Part shown: one piece after another, positions 45,400-54,432 of the stretch | How the letters are laid out: each line of letters begins with the position of its first letter | Position numbering within the stretch: position 1 is the first letter of the stretch | NCBI GenBank assembly: GCA_937863565.1 | Contig: CALMGJ010000021.1 | Location: 1-60,858, forward strand | Length of the DNA: 60,858 bases | DNA from: an uncultured bacterium | GTDB lineage: Bacteria; AUK180 | Reading direction: 5' to 3' | Position numbers and translations under genes: made by a program | The notes under the pieces: generated by a model | Told to the model about the DNA's origin: nothing | The model's input: only the letters and a program-made list of their open reading frames with translations | The model's database searches: none

Positions 45400-47565
45400 A
45401 TGACGTCTAAATTAGTGATAGTTGAATCACCCGCAAAAACGAGAACGATCCAATCATTCATCGGAAAGGACTACAAGATAATTGCATCAATGGGGCATAT
45501 CATAGATCTTCCCGAAAAGCAGCTCGGTATTAATATCCAGAACGGGCATGTTGAAACAAAATACGCCCCGATACCGGGAAAGAAAAAAGTGATAGATGAA
45601 CTCAAGAAGAGCATAGAGGCTTCCAAGGAAATATATCTTGCTACGGACCCCGATCGGGAAGGGGAGGCCATAGCGTATAATATATCCACTCTGGTCGGCG
45701 GTAAGAAGTATCTGAGGATCCTGTTCAACGAGATAACGAAGGAGGGGATAACGGAAGGTCTGAAAAGCCCCAAAACGCTGGACATGAACCTTGTGGATTC
45801 GCAGTATGCAAGAAGGATACTCGACCGCATAGTCGGGTATAAGATATCGCCGTTCTTATGGCAGAAGGTCAAAAAGGGCCTTTCCGCCGGAAGAGTGCAA
45901 TCAGTTGCCCTCCGCATAGTCTGCGAACGGGAAGAAAAGATCCAGGCCTTTGTTCCGGAAACATATTTCGAGATCTTCGCCAATTTCGATATGGCTCCCG
46001 GGATCCCCTTCAAACTTGAGAAGATCGGGGATAAAAAACTCAAAATAGAAAAGAAGAAACGGTCCGATGAGATCCTGTCCGCGATAAAAAAGATCGGCGA
46101 GTTCATTCCCCTGGCGGCGGAAAAGGCCGAGAAGAAAGTACTTTCCCCTCTTCCATTCAATACGAGCAGCATGCAGCAGGAAGCGGCAAAGCGCTTCAAC
46201 TGGTCGCCCAAGAAAACAATGATGATAGCGCAGATCCTCTATGAAGGCGTGGATATCCAGGGTACGCCCACAGGTCTCATCACATATATGAGAACCGATT
46301 CCTACAGGGTCTCTGACACGGCAAGAAATGCCGCAAAGGATTTTATAAAGAGCGCATTCGGAAAAGAGTACGTTTCACATACCGTAAAGAAGGTCAAGAA
46401 AGCGAATATACAGGACGCTCACGAAGCGATCCGCCCCGTTTCCCTTTCCAATGAACCCTCGAAACTTAAGAAATTCTTAAAGGACGATCAGCTTAAACTC
46501 TACGGACTGATATATCAGCGTTTCCTTGCAAGTCAAATGAAGGACGGGCTTGATATGCACAATACCTATTCCGTAAGATCCAAGGAAGGGGAATACCTGT
46601 TCTCGAAAACGCTGAGGACCGTAATATTCGAAGGGTTCAGGAAAGTGATGGGTTCCGGAGACGAGGAAGAAGCGGGCCAGGCCGATATTACGATAACATC
46701 CTCTACGGTTCTTACTAAAGTGTGGGACGATGAAAAACACACGAAGCCGCTCCCCAGGTTCAATTCAGGTACGCTGATCAAACAACTTGAAGAATACGGC
46801 ATCGGCAGGCCTTCTACATATGCCTCGATCATATCAACGCTTACAGACCGCCGTTATGTCGAGGTCGAAGAGAAGGCCTTCGTTCCAACGGAAATAGGAA
46901 AGATAACGAATTCCGTACTGACGGAAGGGTTCCCGAAGATCATGGATTACGAGTTCACTAAGAATATTGAAGAAGAACTTGACGAGATCGAGCAGGGAAA
47001 GGTGAAGGGTGATGAATTGATCATTAAATACTGGGATTTCCTTTTGAAGGAGATCGAGAACGCGAAGGAGAACGTAAAATCGGTCAAAGAGATATTTATC
47101 GAAAGGACAGGAAGAAAATGCCCTTCTTGCGGGAACGAACTTGTGATAAGGGACGGAAAATACGGGAAATTCATAGCCTGCGAAACATATCCTCAATGCA
47201 AATACACGGAGAATATCGCAACGGAAAGCGAGATCAAGTGTATAAAATGCGGCTCGGTCACCGAAGTGCGTGCAGGCAAATACGGCAACTACCTGAAATG
47301 CACTAATCCGGAATGCGCGCACAATATGCCTTTCTCCAAAGGAGTGATCTGTCCTTTGTGCGGCGGTCTCATCCTCGAAAAGAGATCGAAGAAGGGAACG
47401 ATTTATTCGATATGCATAAACAACAATGAAGAGAAGAAATGCAGTTTCATCTACTTCAGGGCGATACTTCCCCTGGTCTGCAAGAAATGCAGCCATAAGG
47501 GCGCATACAAAAAGGGAAAGAAGACCGAATGCATTAAATGCGGTTACACGGAGGAGATCAAGTAG
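45400..47565 (+). CDS. topA: DNA topoisomerase I with C-terminal zinc ribbons
   Basis: LVIVESPAK, ATDPDREGEAI, SAGRVQS, ITYMRTDS, AHEAIRP, GIGRPSTY, multiple CxxC. Confidence 0.97.
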   Translation: MTSKLVIVESPAKTRTIQSFIGKDYKIIASMGHIIDLPEKQLGINIQNGHVETKYAPIPGKKKVIDELKKSIEASKEIYLATDPDREGEAIAYNISTLVGGKKYLRILFNEITKEGITEGLKSPKTLDMNLVDSQYARRILDRIVGYKISPFLWQKVKKGLSAGRVQSVALRIVCEREEKIQAFVPETYFEIFANFDMAPGIPFKLEKIGDKKLKIEKKKRSDEILSAIKKIGEFIPLAAEKAEKKVLSPLPFNTSSMQQEAAKRFNWSPKKTMMIAQILYEGVDIQGTPTGLITYMRTDSYRVSDTARNAAKDFIKSAFGKEYVSHTVKKVKKANIQDAHEAIRPVSLSNEPSKLKKFLKDDQLKLYGLIYQRFLASQMKDGLDMHNTYSVRSKEGEYLFSKTLRTVIFEGFRKVMGSGDEEEAGQADITITSSTVLTKVWDDEKHTKPLPRFNSGTLIKQLEEYGIGRPSTYASIISTLTDRRYVEVEEKAFVPTEIGKITNSVLTEGFPKIMDYEFTKNIEEELDEIEQGKVKGDELIIKYWDFLLKEIENAKENVKSVKEIFIERTGRKCPSCGNELVIRDGKYGKFIACETYPQCKYTENIATESEIKCIKCGSVTEVRAGKYGNYLKCTNPECAHNMPFSKGVICPLCGGLILEKRSKKGTIYSICINNNEEKKCSFIYFRAILPLVCKKCSHKGAYKKGKKTECIKCGYTEEIK

Positions 47566-50198
47566 TGTTCTGGGACTTTCTAGCCAGTGTCTTTGGTGAC
47601 AGGAACCAAAGGGAGATCAAGAAGATGCTCCCGCTTGTTGAAGCGGTGAACGAGCTCGAGGAGCAATATTCGCAAAAGACGGATAGCGAACTTAAAGTGA
47701 TGGCCGGAACGTTCAGAGAGGAAATGGGAAAAGATCCCGACAAAGAATCCGCCATGTCGCTCAGGCTGCCAGAGGCTTTTGCCCTTGTAAGAGAAGCCTC
47801 TAAAAGAACTATCCGGCTCAGGCACTTCGATGTTCAGATCGTAGGAGGCATTATTCTGCACAGGGGAAAGATCTCGGAAATGAAGACCGGTGAGGGAAAG
47901 ACCCTTGTGGCCACGCTGCCCGCATTCCTCAATGCTGCCACGGGAAAGAAAGTGCATATAGTGACAGTGAACGATTATCTTGCCAGAAGGGATGCGGAAT
48001 GGATGGGTCCGATCTATGAATTCCTCGGTCTTACGGTAGGGGTTCTTCAGAACATGATGGAATACGGCGAAAGGAAAAAGGCCTATTCCTGCGATATCGT
48101 GTACGGTACGAACTCCGAATTCGGATTCGATTATCTACGGGATAATATGGTTCAATCCCAGGATCATACGGTGCAGGGACCTCTGGATTATGCGATCATC
48201 GACGAAGTCGATTCGATACTGATCGATGAGGCGCGAACACCGCTTATCATTTCCGGTCCTTCGGTGGAAAGCACTAAAAAATACGTTACAATAGATAAAT
48301 TCGTCAGGCGGCTCAAGAATGAAGAAGATTTCACTCTTGACGAGAAAGCGAAAAATGCCATTCTGAAAGAGCCCGGCATAGAAAAAATGGAGGGCTGGCT
48401 CGGCGTTTCAAATCTGTACGAACCGCAGAATTTCCATCTTGTACATTTTATTTCTCAATCTCTGAAAGCACACCATCTTTTTAAAAAGGACGTGGATTAC
48501 ATACTCAAGGACAATCAGGTGATGATCGTTGACGAGTTCACCGGAAGAGTGCTCGAGGGCAGGAGATATTCGGACGGACTTCATCAGGCCATTGAGGCCA
48601 AAGAGAGCGTGACCGTCAAAGAAGAGAACCAGACCCTTGCTACGATCACGATACAGAATTATTTCAGGATGTACGGCAAACTTGCGGGCATGACCGGAAC
48701 GGCTCTTACCGAAGCTCAGGAGTTCATGGAGATCTACAAACTTGACGCCATGGTGGTCCCCACGAACGAACCGATGATAAGAAAGGATTACGATGACGTG
48801 ATCTACAGGACGAAGGAGGAGAAGTTCGAGGCCATCATAGACGAGATCGCGCTGTGGAACTCCAAGGGCAGGCCGGTGCTCGTCGGTACTACATCCATAG
48901 AGGATTCCGAAACAATAGCTTCGCTCCTTAAAAAAAGAAAGAACATCGCTTGTAATGTTCTCAATGCGAAATACCACGAAAAGGAAGCCGAGATCATCGC
49001 CGCGGCAGGGCAGAAGAACGCGGTGACGATAGCAACGAACATGGCCGGCAGGGGAACCGACATTAAACTCGGAGAAGGAGTGATACTCTGTCCTCGAAAA
49101 GAAGGCAAGATGTACTGCTGGGCATGTCCGCCGGACAAAGAATGCCGGTTATGCGAAGAAGATAAAACGGATTGCAGGACCGAATCGCAATGCGGTCTGT
49201 ATATCATCGGATCCGAGCGTCACGAGGCGAGAAGGATCGATAATCAGCTCCGGGGCCGCTCCGGCCGTCAGGGCGATCCCGGATCTTCCCGTTTCTTTAT
49301 TTCCCTGGAAGACAACCTTATGCGTCTCTTCGGCTCGGACAGGGTGAAGGGCATCCTGGAAACATTCGGGTTCAAGAAGGGAGAGAAGATAGAACACCGG
49401 ATGATCTCTTCCGCCATCGAACGCGCCCAGAAACAGGTGGAAGCACACAACTTCGAGATACGCAAACAGCTTCTAAAATACGATGATGTGAACAATGAGC
49501 AGCGCAAGGCCGTGTACGGGCTCAGAAAGAAACTTCTTATGCAGAAAGACCTCGAAGAGGTCATCTACGATTTCATCAAGGATTCTATTATAGGGCGTAC
49601 CGAAGAGTTCTTCCCCGAGAAAACGCTTCCGGACGATTGGCGTATCGAGGAGGCAAAGAAATTCTTCTTTGAATACGGTATTCCTGCGGGGAGCGAATTG
49701 AAAAAACCGCTTGCCGAGATGAACCGCCATATGCTCATAGAGGAGACCGAGAACGCCGTAAAGGAGAAATTCGAAAGGGCGAAGACCCTTCTGGGAGCCG
49801 ATTTTATACCGTTTTTAACATATGTATCCTTGCCCGCCCTGGATTTCCACTGGAGGGACCACCTTCTTTCGATGGATCAGCTAAGAGAGGTCATCGGCTA
49901 CCGATCGTACGGTCAAAAGGACCCGTTAGTCGAATATAAAAGAGAGAGCTTTGAACTTTTTGACGACATGTGGGTGCAGATAGAGGATAATATCGCGGAT
50001 GTTTTCTTCAAGATCAAGATCAGCGGTGAGAATAAGGAGATGATCCATGAGGAAAAACGGGACGAGTTCTATCAGGGTGTCCATAGGGACAGCAATCTCT
50101 TTATAAAAAAGAAGGAAGAAGCCCGGTCCGTAGTCAAAGAATCGATAGACAGGATAGAGGATAATATTTCGTTCGGAAAAAGGAGGAAGAAGAAATGA
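47565..50198 (+). CDS. secA: Preprotein translocase ATPase SecA
   Basis: MKTGEGKT, IIDEVDSILIDEARTPLIISG, ATNMAGRGTDI, QLRGRSGRQGDPG. GTG start at 47565 follows GGAGGA. Confidence 0.97.
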   Translation: MFWDFLASVFGDRNQREIKKMLPLVEAVNELEEQYSQKTDSELKVMAGTFREEMGKDPDKESAMSLRLPEAFALVREASKRTIRLRHFDVQIVGGIILHRGKISEMKTGEGKTLVATLPAFLNAATGKKVHIVTVNDYLARRDAEWMGPIYEFLGLTVGVLQNMMEYGERKKAYSCDIVYGTNSEFGFDYLRDNMVQSQDHTVQGPLDYAIIDEVDSILIDEARTPLIISGPSVESTKKYVTIDKFVRRLKNEEDFTLDEKAKNAILKEPGIEKMEGWLGVSNLYEPQNFHLVHFISQSLKAHHLFKKDVDYILKDNQVMIVDEFTGRVLEGRRYSDGLHQAIEAKESVTVKEENQTLATITIQNYFRMYGKLAGMTGTALTEAQEFMEIYKLDAMVVPTNEPMIRKDYDDVIYRTKEEKFEAIIDEIALWNSKGRPVLVGTTSIEDSETIASLLKKRKNIACNVLNAKYHEKEAEIIAAAGQKNAVTIATNMAGRGTDIKLGEGVILCPRKEGKMYCWACPPDKECRLCEEDKTDCRTESQCGLYIIGSERHEARRIDNQLRGRSGRQGDPGSSRFFISLEDNLMRLFGSDRVKGILETFGFKKGEKIEHRMISSAIERAQKQVEAHNFEIRKQLLKYDDVNNEQRKAVYGLRKKLLMQKDLEEVIYDFIKDSIIGRTEEFFPEKTLPDDWRIEEAKKFFFEYGIPAGSELKKPLAEMNRHMLIEETENAVKEKFERAKTLLGADFIPFLTYVSLPALDFHWRDHLLSMDQLREVIGYRSYGQKDPLVEYKRESFELFDDMWVQIEDNIADVFFKIKISGENKEMIHEEKRDEFYQGVHRDSNLFIKKKEEARSVVKESIDRIEDNISFGKRRKKK

Positions 50199-52693
50199 AA
50201 GGAGTGGTTCTGGCAGGAGGATTCGGCACGAGACTTCGTCCATTAACCTATAATATTCCCAAACCAATGGTGCCTGTGGTGAACATCCCGGTAATGGAGC
50301 ATAATATCAGCCTGCTTAAAAAATATGATATCACCGATCTGGTGGTGCTTCTGTACTATCAGAGCGATATTATAAAGGAGTATTTCGGGGACGGAAGCAA
50401 GTGGGGAGTGAATATCAAATATCATAAAGCCGAAGCGGATTACGGCACTGCGGGAGCCGTTAAGGATTCCGGACACCTTATAGGGAAAGAAGACTTCATA
50501 ATCATATCGGCGGATGTGCTGACGGATTTCAATCTTAAAAACGCGATCAAATACTCTACAGATACCAAGGCTTTCTTTACGATCGTGCTCACCTCCGTTA
50601 AAAACCCCCTTGATTACGGGATAGTGATCTTTGATAAGGATCAGACGATAACAAAATTCCTGGAAAAGCCTACCTGGGGTCAGGTGTTCTCCGACCAGAT
50701 CAATACAGGTATCTATATACTTAGGAACAAGGTGCTGGACGAGATACCGGAGAAGGAGTTCTTCGATTTTTCCAAGGACCTCTTTCCGAAGCTGATGAAA
50801 AAGGGAATTAAGATCAAGGCGCATCTGGCGAAAGGTTATTGGAGGGACATAGGCAATATTTCCGAATACAGAAATTCGGTGAACGATATTCTTAAAGGTT
50901 TCGTGAACATTTCGATCCACGGCAAGAGGCTTGATATACTGGGCCTCGACGTGCGTTGCGAGAACGGGGTTTCATTAGCACCGAACATCAAATTCGGCGG
51001 CACGGTCATCATCGGCGAAGGCGCCGCCCTGGAAGAGGGCGTGACGATCGAAAATTCGGTTATCGGAAGGAATGTTGTTATACGGAAAGGCGCCATGGTG
51101 AAGAATTCCGTGATCTGGGACGGTGTCCAGATCGATTCCAAATCGCGCCTTCATGAGAACATAGTCGGGTATAATGCCAGGATCGGGAGGAACGTATATG
51201 TGATGGAGGGAGCGGTTCTGAGCGACAGTTGCGTATTGGGAGACGATGTGGTAGTGAATTCCGGAGTAAAGATCTGGCCGGAGAAAAAGGTGGAAAGCGG
51301 ATCCACGGTCGATAAAAGCATCGTATGGGGGGAGAAGTGGAACAAGAACCTCTTCGGCAATTACGGGATCACGGGTATCGCGAATGCCGAGATCCATCCA
51401 GAACTCGCCGCAAAACTCGGGAGCGTATATGGAGCGATGATAGGAAAAGGAAAGAAAGTCGTTGTTGCCAGGGATTCCCACAAAGCGTCGCGCATGATAG
51501 CGCGAGCCTTCATTACCGGCATCCTCTCCGTCGGCGTCAATGTGGATCATTTTTCTGAAGTGCCGCTTCCCGTCATCAGATATCAGTTGAAAATGGGAAC
51601 ATACCGCGGAGCTATCTTTATAAGAATGTCTCCCATAGACAAGGAACTGATGGATATCAAGTTCTATGACGAAACGGGATTCGACATAACGGCGGATGTG
51701 GGAAAGAATATCGAGAGGATATTCTACAGAGAGGATTATCTCAGAACGGGGTACAGGGAAGTCGGCAACATCTACTATCCTCACAGAATCTACGAGTATT
51801 ACAAGGAAGGATTCAAGGATTATCTTAGCGCGAAGGACATGGAGAAGAAGCTTTCGGTGGTGATAGATTACACTTCAGGTCTTGCCGCAAATGCCTTCCC
51901 CGCCCTTATGGGAAAACTCGTGAAGAACAATACGAGCCTTAATGCGTCTATAGACGAGAACAGGGAAGCCCTGGATAAAGTTGAATATTCCTTCCATGTG
52001 GCCCAAGTTTCGGAACTCGTTAAAACACTTAAAATGGATTGCGGCTTCGTGATCGATGGCTGCGGAGAATCCTTCGTTGCTGTGGACGAACGGGGAAATT
52101 CATACATGAACGAGAAACTGCTGCTTCTTGTAGCCCACATCTTCATGGAATATGCGGGGGTTAAAAGAATGATCCTTCCGATCAATGCGCCTCAGATCCT
52201 TTTCGATCGTGCCCAGGTCAAAAAGATAGAGGTGATAAAATCCCCCGTAACCCTCAAGTATCTCGGTAAAAAGGCCAAGGAGATCGAATCCGATTTCGTT
52301 GGTACGATCGAGGGTTCGTTCATGTTGCCGAAATTCAATTCGGCTATCGACGGCATGATCGTGATCGGGAAACTGCTGCAGCTGATGACCCAACACGGCT
52401 TCAAGCTTAATGAAATGTATAAAAAACTCGATTACACCGCGAAATATGCGACTGCAAAGCTCCCCTGCAGGGATGAGAATAAAGGCGAAGCATTGAGAAA
52501 ATTATACGATAAATTCAAGAACAAGGACATAGAAATGATAGACGGCATTAAGGTAAGATTCTCGAAAAAGGGATGGATGAGCATCATCCCGGATTCCGAA
52601 GAAGGCTGTTTCAATATCACGGGCGAATATTGGGACAAGAACGAATGGCAGAAATTCCTTAAGGCGGTAAAAGAAATCATAGATAATAAATGA
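50195..52693 (+). CDS. Sugar-phosphate nucleotidyltransferase + hexapeptide repeats + phosphomannomutase-like fusion (mannose-1-P guanylyltransferase/PMM type)
   Basis: LAGGFGTRLRPLT..PKP, GTAG, KPT, YWRDIG; LbH repeats; PGM-like LFG..GI.G..N domain. Confidence 0.85.
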   Translation: MKGVVLAGGFGTRLRPLTYNIPKPMVPVVNIPVMEHNISLLKKYDITDLVVLLYYQSDIIKEYFGDGSKWGVNIKYHKAEADYGTAGAVKDSGHLIGKEDFIIISADVLTDFNLKNAIKYSTDTKAFFTIVLTSVKNPLDYGIVIFDKDQTITKFLEKPTWGQVFSDQINTGIYILRNKVLDEIPEKEFFDFSKDLFPKLMKKGIKIKAHLAKGYWRDIGNISEYRNSVNDILKGFVNISIHGKRLDILGLDVRCENGVSLAPNIKFGGTVIIGEGAALEEGVTIENSVIGRNVVIRKGAMVKNSVIWDGVQIDSKSRLHENIVGYNARIGRNVYVMEGAVLSDSCVLGDDVVVNSGVKIWPEKKVESGSTVDKSIVWGEKWNKNLFGNYGITGIANAEIHPELAAKLGSVYGAMIGKGKKVVVARDSHKASRMIARAFITGILSVGVNVDHFSEVPLPVIRYQLKMGTYRGAIFIRMSPIDKELMDIKFYDETGFDITADVGKNIERIFYREDYLRTGYREVGNIYYPHRIYEYYKEGFKDYLSAKDMEKKLSVVIDYTSGLAANAFPALMGKLVKNNTSLNASIDENREALDKVEYSFHVAQVSELVKTLKMDCGFVIDGCGESFVAVDERGNSYMNEKLLLLVAHIFMEYAGVKRMILPINAPQILFDRAQVKKIEVIKSPVTLKYLGKKAKEIESDFVGTIEGSFMLPKFNSAIDGMIVIGKLLQLMTQHGFKLNEMYKKLDYTAKYATAKLPCRDENKGEALRKLYDKFKNKDIEMIDGIKVRFSKKGWMSIIPDSEEGCFNITGEYWDKNEWQKFLKAVKEIIDNK

Positions 52694-53310
52694 ACCTGAA
52701 AAGCGTCTTGGGAATATTCCTTTTATTCCTGCTTTGCATCGCGCTGGGTTTCTATATCAGGAAAATGACAGCTTCTGCCGTAAAACAATCCGATCCCGTT
52801 CTAGATGCCCGGTCCGACATGGTCTACGAATTTAAAGATAAACTCGAAAAGAATCCGGTCGCCGGTCCCGAGAAAAGGAAAAGAAAAGGGACAAGGCCCG
52901 CACTTTCTATTGAAGTGGAGAACGCTCCGGTGTCGCCGCCGGACTCGCAGTCATCTCCCGGAACCGCGACCCCACCGCAGGAATCTGTTCCGGAGATCAC
53001 CAAAAATACGCCTGCCCTGAAAAAGGAGGAACCGCCGCTACAAAAGAAACAGGAACCCCCCGTTAAAAAAAACGGAAAGAAAAATATCTATGTACAGGCA
53101 GGCTCATTCCCCGACTTGAAAGACGCCTCGATCCTGAAGAAAAAACTTGAATCGGCGCTGGACGATGTGAATATCCAAAGGACCGAGATCACGGGAAAGG
53201 GCGTATGGTACAGGGTCAGGATCGGCCCGCTTGACGAAGCCGGCAAGGACGCTGCGGTAGAAAAGCTCATAAGGGAATTCAATATTAAACCGTGGGTGAA
53301 ATATGAATGA
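52690..53310 (+). CDS. SPOR-domain cell division protein (FtsN/DedD-like)
   Basis: TM, Pro/Lys linker, YVQAGSF...WYRVRIGP. Confidence 0.85.
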   Translation: MNLKSVLGIFLLFLLCIALGFYIRKMTASAVKQSDPVLDARSDMVYEFKDKLEKNPVAGPEKRKRKGTRPALSIEVENAPVSPPDSQSSPGTATPPQESVPEITKNTPALKKEEPPLQKKQEPPVKKNGKKNIYVQAGSFPDLKDASILKKKLESALDDVNIQRTEITGKGVWYRVRIGPLDEAGKDAAVEKLIREFNIKPWVKYE

Positions 53311-54373
53311 GATAGAACTTTTAAGAACACTCGTCAACATCAATTCGGATTCCTACAATACCGAGGGACTGGAGAAGGTTTTATGCTCCATAAAAACCGC
53401 CTGCGGTCCCGCCCTACGCATTAAGACCGAGAGGAAGAACGGGCATCCGTTCATGGTGATAGAGAACGATCCGTCCGACACAAAACGGAGTTTCGCTTTA
53501 GTCGGACATATAGACACAGTATTCCCCGAGAATTTTGCGCCGTTCTCGATGAGCGGGACCATGATGAGAGGGCCAGGGGTCGAGGACATGAAATCGGGGA
53601 TCGTAATGATGCTGTCCCTCATGAGAAGTTTCGCCGGGTCGCGGAACCTGAAGCTCCGGGCGCTGATCAATTCCGACGAAGAGACCGGCTCCAAGGATTC
53701 CCTTGGATTTCTCAGGAAATACACAAAGGACATTGATGCGGCCTTCGTTTTTGAAGGGGTTACGGAGAAACAGGGTATAATCGTAAAGAGAAAGGGGATC
53801 ACCGAGGTCCTTGTAGAGGCTCAGGGCAAGGCCGCTCACGCGGGAACATATTTCGATAAAGGCGTTAATGCCATAGCTAAACTCTTCCACGTTTACGGTA
53901 ACCTGAAGAACGACCGGTTCTTCAAAAAGGAAGGAGTCAGTCTGAATCTTGCCAGGATAAACGGCGGCGGCAAACTAAATATTGTACCTGACCGCGCCCA
54001 TATGTGGTTCGATTTCCGTTCATTTTCCACGTCGGATTTCTTGAATATGAGAAAACGCTTCGCCCGGGCGAGAACCGGCGGGATAAAAATGACAGTATAC
54101 GACAAAAGGCCTCCGCTGCCGGGCGGGAAGACCGGAAAATATTCGGCTATTCTCAAAATGGAATACGAAAAGGCCGGAGAGACCTTCTCTCTCGATTCAA
54201 CCGGGGGCGCCTCGGATGCCAATTTTATCAGCACTTTCGGCATTCCGGTGCTTGACGGCCTCGGCCCCAGGGGCGGCGGCGACCATACGGAAAAGGAATT
54301 CACCCTCTTGGGCAGTTTCAAGAAACGCCTGTCCGCATTCAGGGCTTTTCTTGAATATTTTGAAAAAAAGTGA
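53303..54373 (+). CDS. M20-family metallopeptidase (glutamate carboxypeptidase-like)
   Basis: GHIDTV, GPGVEDMKSG, DEETGS, AAHAG, GGASDAN, DGLGP.GG.DH. Confidence 0.88.
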   Translation: MNEIELLRTLVNINSDSYNTEGLEKVLCSIKTACGPALRIKTERKNGHPFMVIENDPSDTKRSFALVGHIDTVFPENFAPFSMSGTMMRGPGVEDMKSGIVMMLSLMRSFAGSRNLKLRALINSDEETGSKDSLGFLRKYTKDIDAAFVFEGVTEKQGIIVKRKGITEVLVEAQGKAAHAGTYFDKGVNAIAKLFHVYGNLKNDRFFKKEGVSLNLARINGGGKLNIVPDRAHMWFDFRSFSTSDFLNMRKRFARARTGGIKMTVYDKRPPLPGGKTGKYSAILKMEYEKAGETFSLDSTGGASDANFISTFGIPVLDGLGPRGGGDHTEKEFTLLGSFKKRLSAFRAFLEYFEKK

Positions 54374-54381
54374 ATATCTGC

Positions 54382-54409
54382 TTGATTTTTTCTTTGTTTT
54401 CAATAGAAT
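54382..54409 (+). promoter_or_regulatory. Promoter of the methyltransferase/ATP-grasp gene
   Basis: TTGATT-16-TAGAAT; GAGG SD before ATG 54433. Confidence 0.5.
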
Positions 54410-54432
54410 ACATTTTTTAATGAAGAGGCGAA

